From the NCBI GenBank assembly GCA_964187785.1, contig OZ076409.1, forward strand, positions 20,276,001 through 20,340,000: a stretch of 64,000 nt of DNA, given 5' to 3'. Positions within the stretch are counted from its first letter, which is position 1, and the number at the start of each line of letters is the position of its first letter. The notes under the pieces are model-generated. The model was not told the DNA's origin, ran no database searches, and saw nothing but the letters and a program-made list of their open reading frames with translations. A program made the translations under genes and the position numbers. Origin of the DNA: Amphiscolops sp. MND2022. Lineage: Eukaryota. Shown piece by piece: positions 25,901-35,869 of the stretch.

Positions 25901-27605
25901 AAATGTGTCACGAAGTTTGTAAAAATAGCCGATAAGTTGAGTCAAGACATGAGCATGCTACAGAAGGATGCGTTTCATCAATGGTGGACTTTCTTGCCTT
26001 CCGAAGATTCATCATCCAATCGTCACGTTTTCAACAGCAAGTTAGAATTATTAGCAGATGGTTTGTAGCAAACATCCTCTAATTGAAATTAAAGCAATAC
26101 CATACATTTATTCTTTGAGTATCAACCAGCAAATTATGCATAGCTCATATACATGTTATTTTCAAATATGTCGTCCCCTGGCATTTTTTCGGTGGCAACC
26201 CTTTTACCATTTTCGTGAGTACAGAGTGACATTATTTGCGATTGATTTGTTTCGATTCTGAAAATATGATCAAGATTTTGGAAGCCATTTTGTAAAAAAA
26301 ATTGGCAGTTTTACCATGAAGTCTTAAGTTACAATGAAATACAATGTGATGGGTAAATTTTTAATTGGTAATCACTGTCACAAAGTACTAACTTACGGCC
26401 TACCCTGTAATTTCAGTTTGGGTCTTATTAATTCTGACTGGTGTAGTTTTTCAAACCTCGGATTTGTGTTCGAAGAAGAGCATTTTCCACTTCACCTTCG
26501 CACGCAATTGAGCATATTTTTTGAATGTTTCAACTTAACCACGGAAACCAATTTGAGTCTGGTAAACATCGCTGAGATGATGATACGGTGCTCTTTCCAT
26601 GAATTGGTATCGATGTGTACAAGAAATGCTTTGGTGTGAGATTACTACTCAATGGCCATTGGAATATAAATATGTCGAATAGTATCACGAATTCAAGTTT
26701 TATGTGCTTCGTTTTCAATTCAATCCAACCGAGTGGAATTTACCTTTGAAAACTATAGATCTCAGCTATTTCTCCCTCCCACATACTAGGCGCTCTAAAT
26801 ATATACCTCCGATTTTGCATTTGGAATCAAGTGTCAGTCAGAATCATAAATGTCTGGAACTTTGATTGGTTGAAAATATTAAATCCTGTACTATGCAATT
26901 AAATCAGTGATGTCCCTTTTTAATTTTTGAAGGATTTTTTATATTAAAGGATTGGCCTTAAAATTTGAAGGATCCTTTAAAGGATTAGAAATAACATATT
27001 TCAACAAATACTTCAAATATCAAATTTTAAACACATTGTAAACGTAATTTCAAATTACTCATGGAAAGCCGTTTTTTTATATTTTCCTAAAGAAAATGAG
27101 CATGAGAAAATGCACGTTCTGCATTAGCAGGTGATGGCAAGATGCATAAAACTACCCTCGCAACTTCTTCAAGTTTAGGAAAAGAGTCGATTATTTCATT
27201 TTTCTTGAAAAAATTGAAAGCCAATACTTCCTCATCCGTAGAAATTTCAATTTCCATTAACTCTTCTTCAAATGGTTTTCGTAGAGTAAGAACGTCTTCG
27301 GTAGAATTCGTCAGCGTTGAACAATTTTCCTCTATTGGATCGTCTATCGAACTTTGCTGGGAAATGTTCTGAGTAATGTCTTGTGCTTCAATAGCGCTTA
27401 ATCGTTCAATTTTTTGTGAATACTTTCAAGAAACTGACTACCAGCTTCTTCAGTATTGGTTAAAATATTCCGAGATATCTTGCTTGGATTAATAAGTGTT
27501 GCATCAAAAAAACATCAGCAAAAACCCAATCGATTGGTTCGACCCATGATGGTATGCAGCAAATCCAGAATAGATTTATAGAACAATTTTCTCACCGCGC
27601 TATTA
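19925..27605 (+). repeat. Tandem triplication of a ~2.56-kb unit (NDFIP stop codon, 3' UTR, downstream DNA and the left part of a hAT element)
   Basis: Near-identical ORFs recur at 20928/23493/26058 (period 2565). Identical junctions CGCGCTATTATTTGTATTTTTTATTTGTATTG occur at about 22465-22496 and 25029-25060. Confidence 0.97.
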
Positions 27606-27763
27606 GTATTCATAATTGCTGGCAAATTTCTTTTTTATTCTGTTTAAAGGAGAAAGGATCCTTTAAGGAAAATCCTTTTAAAGGATCGATATTTAAAGCA
27701 AGGGTTTTTTTTAAAGGATCCTTTATAGGATCCTTTAAAGGAAAATAAAAAGGGACATCACTG
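26905..27763. mobile_element. hAT-type non-autonomous element (complete copy; copies lacking the right end start at 21776 and 24340)
   Basis: TIRs CAGTGATGTCCCTTTTT / AAAAAGGGACATCACTG, 8-bp TSD AATTAAAT, and AAGGATCCTTTA subterminal repeats. Confidence 0.9.
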
Positions 27764-29690
27764 AATTAAATAGGTGACAGGAGGGATTCGGGTTTGTGGA
27801 GAGATTCACAATATTATCACTTCAAATCAGGAATTCCTAGACTCTGACAAACGCTAGTAACATTGAGTTGACATTCCTCAAAGGTCCACAGAAGAAAGAA
27901 CACTTTTTCTTTTTTCTTTTCCCTGCACTCAAATTTCGTGAAAGGAATGTAAATCGATTTTCAACCCTGAGTGGATTTTTCAAACACCGGAAGTCCTGCG
28001 ATTAGAATTTTTTGAAATTTTCATTTGCCCACGGAAAGAGCAATTTGTTTGAATTTCAGAATGTCTTGATATCAGAATATCAAACAGCATCTTCCTCAAC
28101 AAACTTTATTCAATCAACATTCCTTTTTTATGATAGCCAGTGTTTGGGTTATAGTAAAGATGTTTTACACCTGTTGACACACAAGATCAGTGCAATTCAG
28201 GTTGAAATTTTTGTTTCGAGTTGAATCAATTGTTATACTGCAAAAGATTGATTTCAAACGTTTGCAAAGAACTGAAGCGACTGTTAGATTTACAAATGGA
28301 AAAGTTTTTTTGGAATGGTGTCATTTTGGTTTTGTTGCACATACTGTAACCTTAGAGCTCATCGTGATGTCACTATTGGGCTTCGCTAGTAAACATCCTG
28401 TTAAAGTTTAGGTATAATTGTCCCGCATTGTTGTATTACGTAGAAGATTTGATGTCGGATATCTGCGACACAACCATAATAACGCCTTTTGAAAAATCGA
28501 CCAATACAAGCGTTAAAGCGGAAACGTAAAGTAAAGCTGAATTCAACATGGAAAATATGAAAAAAGAATTAATGAAAAATTTGTCCTTTTAAAAGTTTTT
28601 TAAAGGCATTATATTACCGTTATGAATATATTCAAATTGTCGATCAGTGAAATATTGAAGTCACTCGAGTGGAAATCTCGACATGCACAGAGTTTTTTGG
28701 AAAGGTACTTTTTGTACTCGAAATTTAGGAGACGAAAGACTTATTCATGGCTGCAAGTACTCCAAAACGACACAATGCGTATCGTCAATCTGCTTTTTCA
28801 ACATCTTGATCGTATTTGCTTGAGAAGTGATGATACCTAAATCCATCTTCATTGCAAGACAGTTGCTTCAAATAACTTTCTCTTTATACCCAAATAACCC
28901 TGTTTGGTAGTACCTTGGAGGTTTTACTGTATCTGAATAGTATCCTTGATGTAGCTAAAGGCACATTGGGTGAGTGACTCAACGAACCATCATTCACTGG
29001 TTTATATTTGATAGAGCGTGGAGTTTCGCTACTCAGTTTGTTCTGAGACCTTGAAATTTAATATTGGTCAAGTTTGTACACAAAGTCATCATCACTTCAC
29101 ATCCGATTTTGGCTTCTCAGTCGAAAATTGAGATTTATTTGAGGTCGCTAGTAGTAAAGCTAAATCATCTCTGCTGTTTGAAGTTGAGTTTTTCACTCAT
29201 CGTGGTATTGCCATCATTTACCATCGTGGAACAACATCCACATGCTAGTAACACTGTTCAACTAACTGTCTTATCATATGTGTCAATCTTCCTTCTGCTT
29301 AAACCATTATCCATTTCGTTGTTTCCAACTTTTGTTTCCTGTATAGCGTGGGAGTTGGTTGTCTCACAGCTCAGCAAAGATTAGCCGAAATAGTCGAATA
29401 CATCACCAAAGAAGCTAACTGATTGAAACTATGAAGAATCGGTATCTCAAAACAGAAACTTAACAACGTTTCCTAAAACTTCTCCATTGTTTTCGAAAGA
29501 TCGCACAGCGCTGAAAATCCCGAAGGAGGACCCTATATTCTCAGTTTCTAAATTCGAATTAAAGTGTGACTGATGACTCTCTCTTCAGTTCTTATGCGTA
29601 AAGTAGAAGATTTTGGTCAATTCGAACGGATTGAAAAAATCTTTCAGTCTTGGAAAAACCTATAATGTTCGTCGTATATATAGCGCCGTC

Positions 29691-30038
29691 CAGAGTATTA
29701 ACATCGCCAATATTTTTCGCTGATCGCTAAACCGCTAATTTCAAAATCCGCTATTTCGCTGAAAAATGTTTTCTTCAAACTATTGAATGCTTTAATTCAA
29801 GTAAGTTTCAAAATTCAATGATAACTTTTATTCAATTTTTGCCAAAAAAATACTAGAATTTTTCATACCGTGTGAGTTTTACAAGTGCAAGAAATAGAAT
29901 TTTCATCTCGAAACTCTTTGTATTTTTCGATAAAATTTTGAGTCGGGACAATAGTTGGCGCTAATTTGAATCGCTAATAAAATTGCAGAAAAATTCTGCA
30001 CAGCCGCTAAATCGCTGATTAGCGATGTCAAAACTCTG
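29691..30038. mobile_element. hAT-type MITE (family copy 2, opposite orientation to 8884)
   Basis: Ends CAGAGTATTAACATCGC / GCGATGTCAAAACTCTG, with CGCTAA repeats. Confidence 0.8.
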
Positions 30039-31361
30039 CATAGATCTGCCATTTGAATTATATCAGAAAACTGAAAAAGCCGCCAATAAGTTCACTCATT
30101 TGTTACACTCACTTCCCAGTAGCCGGAAATGCACTTCTTGCAACTGGAAGCTGCGTTGAGCTGCAAACAATTCCCTTTTTCAAACGGTTTTGCGTGACCT
30201 GGAATATTCTTCAAACGCGTTCTGTTGTGCAATTCCTTCAAACATGAAGTTGAAACGAATTTAATTCTTGTTCTTCCACTTTGATACTGCTGTGAGGGTT
30301 TTTATACTATCGTTCCATAGGGCAGTATGTTTGAGGCCCGAAGCTAGTGTAATTTGATGCCAGAAAGTATTGAAACTTAGGCCCGATGAGTTTGTTTGAC
30401 ACAGTAAACACAAATGCGCTTTAATGTTTCTGTCAAGAATTGAAACTTCAACAATGCCTCATTCATTACCTTTATTTTGTTTCATCAGAAAATAATAGTC
30501 CTTTTGTTGTTTAGTTTTCGGGCCTCAAATTACTATGATAGATCTTTCGGTCCTCAGATAACATTTCATTTTCGTGCCTAAGTAAAGGTTTCCGTTCCAT
30601 ACATTTAGTAGGTGCTTCGCTGAAATACAGTAGCGATATTATTAAAAGCAACATTAGGCAAATCTCGAAATCGAATATCGCAAAAACGGCAGTGATATGT
30701 GAAAATGGTAAAAGTTTCTTCAATTTTTATCTAGTTGACAAAGATGTTTGTTTAAAAAATATGGGAAGAAAATTGTAAGAGGTGCGATAGGCCATTTTAG
30801 CCACATTTAGGTCAAAATTGAGGTTGAGACATTTTATTTTCAATCAACCCCTCTTATTTTACTTAAGCCCCAAATAAGTTAAGATGAAATCACTCTAAAA
30901 TCTTTGCAAAAATACATGTATTGAGATACAATTTTGGAATTTAGCACCTTGGAACAATTTCATAATACAATTTACCAATTTTCGAAAAAAAATTGTTGTC
31001 AGATTTGAAATGTTTGGGAGAATTTATCTGTCAAAATTATTTTCGAATCAAAAGATTGTAAGCGAGTCAAAACTTCGAGAAACTAAATGATGTTTTTGCA
31101 ATAGATCTTGACCAATGAAATGAACGCGTGAGATTTTAATTAGCGAATGAAATTTGTTAATTTGCTCGTTACACTTAGTATGTTGCTTTTAATAATTAAT
31201 GTCACTACTTTAAATGTTATTGACAGAAAGTGAGTATGACTAATCATTAGTGTCTCTTTGAGAGTGAGTCGAAGATCATTATTACTTCATCGGTTTTAAT
31301 GTCTGCTTAAGGTGGGATAATATTAAAACAGCCTGTTTTACATTCAACATTTTGAAGTGCC

Positions 31362-31723
31362 GGTGCAACTTTAATTCGTCGAACATTCAAATCGGCGAAA
31401 AATGAAAAACTATTCAATGCGTCGAAAGAATTCCATATCAGGATTAGTTTCATTTGGTAATTTTTTGTGGCGATTAGCATATTTGTTGTATGGCTCGGTC
31501 GCTTCGCTCCCTTCGTCAAGTAGCAATATTGAGGCATGGCCATATGGCACGTCGCTCCGCTTCGCTTCGCTCATACATTTAGGGCACTAGGAGTATGTGA
31601 ACATAGCTGACTACGTTATCGTAATTTTGAATGCTCGAATTTGATTGGCCGAAATCAATTCTTTCCATTACGTCATACCATGCTTGCTAAATTAATACGT
31701 GTTCGACGAATTGAACAGTCCCC
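31362..31723. mobile_element. MULE-like MITE B
   Basis: Left TSD TGAAGTGCC (31353-31361). TIRs share AATTCGTCGAACA. The right TSD is split by MITE C. Confidence 0.75.
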
Positions 31724-31728
31724 TGAAG

Positions 31729-32155
31729 GGTGGTTTCCCAAATGACATAAATGCAAATAACATAAAAATAAATTAATTCCCAGAAAACATAAAAGTACAT
31801 GAATTCCCATTTAACATAAAAATGAAATATTATAACGTTGTCAGATATGTTCACATACCCCTAGTGCCCTAAATGCAGGAGCGAAGCGAAGCGGAGCGAC
31901 GTGCCATATGGCCATGCCTCAATGTTGCTACTTGGCGAAGGGAGCGAAGCGACCGAGCCATACAACAAATATGCAAACCTTTTCAAATAAATCAAGTTCC
32001 AACATATTGGCTGTAACAATGATTCAGCGCAAGCGAGAAAATAACGCAATGTTGAATTTCAATTTTCAACCAATCAGAAGCGTTTAATAGTTTTATGTTT
32101 TCTGGGAATTAATTTATTTTTATGTTATTTGCATTTATGTCATTTGGGACGTAAT
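31729..32155. mobile_element. MULE-like MITE C with ~65-bp TIRs
   Basis: CCCAAATGACATAAATGCAAATAACATAAAAATAAATTAATTCCCAGAAAACATAAAA and its exact reverse complement, flanked by the direct repeat CCCCTGAAG. The boundary is ambiguous by a few bp. Confidence 0.8.
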
Positions 32156-32591
32156 CCCCTGAAGTGCCATTCTTCATTTAGTTAACGTAGCTAACACAGC
32201 AACTAATTAGGTAGATAGATGATAGTGATTAATGAATAGTTTGTCTTGAGCTTTCTGACTACCTTCTAAGGAGCGAATGAAAAACGACCTTATCACGGTC
32301 TAGTATTCACTTTTAATCAAGTGCATTGGATCATCTCCGTTGTTTTTCAAATAATGAAGTTAGTTTCTTGAAGTTTGAATGCTTCTCTAACTTCGTTTCT
32401 CTAAATTCTAAATTGTCCCGAGAAATTTGAGTGAAAAAACGTTATGGAGAAAATTTTGCTGCGAGCGAATGTTTTTTGTTCGCAAGCTTTTTGCACATGA
32501 CGAAGTCAATGTGCATTGCAGTCCAGCTAAGAAAGTTTTTTTTCCACAGTAGCCAACTTCATAATAAGCCCCTTTTACAGAAAAGCCAAAA

Positions 32592-32662
32592 CCCCAGAGA
32601 GATTCGAACCTGCAGCCTCCCGATTGCGCGGCATAAGTGTTAACCACTGTGCCATAAGGACG
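32592..32662 (-). mobile_element. tRNA-derived SINE head or tRNA pseudogene
   Basis: Minus strand shows A box TGGCACAGTGG and B box GGTTCGAATC. The acceptor stem does not close. Confidence 0.55.
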
Positions 32663-33516
32663 TTATTGAATAAAGTTGAACTGTTGAATATATACGCATT
32701 CTCTTAAAATAATATATATACGCATATTAAAATAATCGTTGTCTTCGTCATGTGTTGCGAAGTACCGCTTCGCCTCTGTGTTGACGTTGCAGAAATATTA
32801 TTTAGCCCGAAGGGGCCTATTTGTTCACCCATGGTACTGGTATTATACGTATTGTGTATCCATACGGATGGTGCATCAAATGTTAACAATTTTTGGTAAT
32901 AAAATATAGTTTCCGCCGTTTCATTTTACCCCGTTCTAAAGCAGAAACATTCAGATACAGTACCACCATCATTGTTGGGTGTTCATTAATGGGATATGGT
33001 ATTAATGATTTCATAGGAAGAGTTGAATGTAACTTGAAATTATAGTTCAGAATCAACTTTAGCAGTGATTTGTTGTATTTCGTAGAAAGCGTTTTCGAGA
33101 GCGTCTGAAACGTTAGTAAAATTCATTAAATGGTTTGGTAATTACAGTTTTATGAAATTGATTCATCTCTAAGATAAAAACATGCCCTAAGAATATCAAC
33201 TTCGGTTTCAAATCATAGAAATACTTCAGCTTCTAACGCTTTAATTTGGTGATCTCTATCAATCATTCGTTTCATTTCACGTGGAAAATTGAAAATTGTT
33301 CAAAAGATAGTTCATTCCATTTTGAGCAGAAATCCGCCATTGTATGTAGACTTGATTTTACTCTATTGTGTCCTACTTGGCACTAGGGTACATATGGTCA
33401 GTTGATCACGAGTGACGTATTTTGCAGCTGGTCATGCCTTTTAAGATGGAATGTTGCCGAGTGCATGTAAAGTGAGACCTTTAACCGATCTATTATAGCC
33501 GGAGCTCTATCCAAAA

Positions 33517-33762
33517 ATGGGTTCCCAAGCCAGCAAAAGGGCGGCAGCCGCCAATCCTGTTCTGGATGAGGTGAGCGTAGAGGGAATAGCCAAGTATATC
33601 AAGTCTGGCCAGTGTGAGAAGATAGTGGTTATGATCGGAGCTGGAATCAGCACGGCCGCCGGAATCCCAGATTTCAGAAGTCCAGGTTCTGGCTTATACG
33701 ACAATGTGGCAAAGTATAACTTACCGTTCCCTCAAGCCATGTTCCAGATTAATTACTTCAAG
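33517..33762 (+). CDS. SIRT2: SIRT2-type NAD-dependent deacylase, coding exon 1
   Basis: Encodes GAGISTAAGIPDFRSPGSGLYDN..YNLP.PQAMF.I.YFK. AAAATGG start context and GTCAGT donor, phase 0. Confidence 0.93.
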
Positions 33763-33877
33763 GTCAGTTATCAAACCAATCATCTTTGCTATTCTCAAAT
33801 CTTCAACGTTTGGTTTAACTAGCGGGTTGTTTAAATTTACTTGCTGCAGAAAAGCATCTAAAACTCATAAGGAATTA

Positions 33878-34993
33878 CCCTAGTTTGGAAAAAATTGAAA
33901 TCTTGCACTTGCAAGTTTCTTACAAAACATGGTATTCTTGCAAGCCGATGCCAGTCTTGCAAGAATCTTGCAAGACCATGCAAATCTTGCAAGACAACAA
34001 ATGAGTTATGATAACGTAGTCAACAGCTTCCCCAATTGTCGAAAAAGATTATTTTTTTCTTGTTTTTACGTTTTTTTTTCAAAAAATGGGATCTCTTTCA
34101 CTATGTCCTCCCCTATATCACTCGTTGCATTATGTCCGCCCTAGAGAAAAAGAATGTTTGTGGCTCATTTATGTTTATCTCAAATTGGCTAATCTCTCAT
34201 GCTATTCTGTCAATCAATTGATGTCGTCATAACTAACGACACTTTTTATTGGTTCTTATTATCAAAATCCCCACTCAGCCAATCAGAAGCGTTGTTAGAT
34301 AAGAGCAGATTGCTATTAGAATGCGCAATACATGTATTTAATAGCGTTTCACTATGTCCCCCCCTTTTTGCTATAGGGGGGGATATTGTAAAAGATTCAA
34401 AAATGTACGCCTATAATCAATTTAGGTTCGTTCGGCCTAATTTCAAAGTCTCCATCGTGTACATGATAAAAGAGGGTCATTTGTTTTCCAATGTACTACA
34501 TAAAAACTGAGTTTCAAATGTCGGTTTAGTACAAAAAATAGGCTTTTAGGGCCTTTTACTAAAATCACACTGAGTTTTATTTTTCTAGAGTTGGATTTTT
34601 GGGTCCTTAACAATTTAAGAAGTGAGACTTAAATCTATCTGGCTGTCTCCTTTAAGTGACTGAAGTCAGATTTTGGTCTATTAAAATCTTATTTAAATCA
34701 TTCTGAATGAAAATGTCTGCAAAATGTCGCTTTTTTGATAATATAGTATAGGGACTAGTGGAGTTGATTATTAATGGTAATGGAACGAAAATATTTTTGG
34801 GCACCTCGAATTCTCAGTCAAAGCTTGAAAATGTCTTGAAAGTTCGACACTTTCCTAGCAATTATAACACAATGTCAATCCATTTCTTGCAAAAATCTTG
34901 CAAGAATCTTGCAAGACAATTTGCAAGAATAATGCATTGACTTGCAAGATCTTGCAAGATATCTTCAAGAATTAAATTTTTTTCAACCTAGGG
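33878..34993. mobile_element. TA-flanked non-autonomous DNA element rich in CTTGCAAG repeats, in SIRT2 intron 1
   Basis: ta-CCCTAG(t)TTGGAAAAAA ... TTTTTTTCAACCTAGGG-ta ends, with palindromic CTTGCAAG clusters near both ends. A probable nested element lies at about 34099-34390. Confidence 0.7.
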
Positions 34994-35071
34994 TAAATAA
35001 AAACTACCAATCTATTCAATTTGACGAAATTTTTCAAGTGAAGTTTTCATTTATAAGAATTGTATCGAATC

Positions 35072-35400
35072 CAGGATTTTGACATCGCTACTATTTTCCG
35101 CTAATCGCTAAACCGCTAATTTGAAAATCGCTGTTTCGCTGGAAAAAAATTCTCCAAACTATTAAATTTTTGACTTCAACCATCTTTCAAAATTGAATGA
35201 TAACCTAATTTAGTTTCGCAAGAAAAGAGGCCGAAATTTTTGTACTGTGTGCATTTTAAAGCGGTAAGGGTTGGAAGTTTTTGATATTCATCTTGAAATC
35301 CCATGTACGATTTTGAGGGGAATTTTGATTCTGGACATTCTACTTGAATCGCTAATGAAATCGCTGAAAAATTCCTGCTATTAGCGGTGTCAAAACTCTG
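35072..35400. mobile_element. hAT-type MITE (family copy 3)
   Basis: Ends CAGGATTTTGACATCGC / GCGGTGTCAAAACTCTG. TSD ATCGAATC/ATTGAATC. Confidence 0.85.
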
Positions 35401-35429
35401 ATTGAATCGATCTTGTCTTTGTTTTTCAG

Positions 35430-35583
35430 AGGCACCCGGAGCCCTTCTACGACATCGCGAGGCAGTTAGTGGACAGAGAGTACAGACCCACCAAAGCTCA
35501 CTTCTTCATCAAACTGCTGCATGACAAGGGACTCTTACTACGCAACTATTCGCAGAATGTCGACAGTCTAGAAATATTGGCAG
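35430..35583 (+). CDS. SIRT2: SIRT2 coding exon 2
   Basis: TTTCAG acceptor and GTATGC donor. Encodes RHPEPFYDIARQL...PTKAHFFIKLLHDKGLLLRNYSQNVDSLE. Not present in the ORF track. Confidence 0.93.
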
Positions 35584-35869
35584 GTATGCATATAAATTAG
35601 ACTGTAGCTACGTCTCAGCTTTCATTACGTAATCACATCTTGCAAATGAGCATGTTCTAATTTAAACCTTCCGAGAAGTCTAGACATCTTTACCAGCCAT
35701 TTTGTTCGCACTTCTGATGTGTGAAAGTTCTATGACACTCGAATGAATGAAAGAAATGTTGTCGAAGTGAAAGGTTGGCAAGCTGGATTTCAGCGTTGAA
35801 AGTTGTTTGACAATATAATATTAATTGAATTTATCAGGGGAGCCATATAAAATATCAACAATTTATGAA

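Noticed and set aside
20928..26718. Triplicated small ORFs (MVCSKHP, MKYNVMG, MKTKHIK) as a gene cluster
   Set aside because: They have no recognisable motifs and lie in 3'-UTR or downstream DNA. They recur only because of the segmental triplication.
27800..29450. Decayed minus-strand gag/protease-like region
   Set aside because: Only faint Cys/His hints among many stops; not assignable without a search.
32592..32662. Functional tRNA gene
   Set aside because: A and B boxes are present but the acceptor and T stems do not pair properly; it is better explained as a SINE head.
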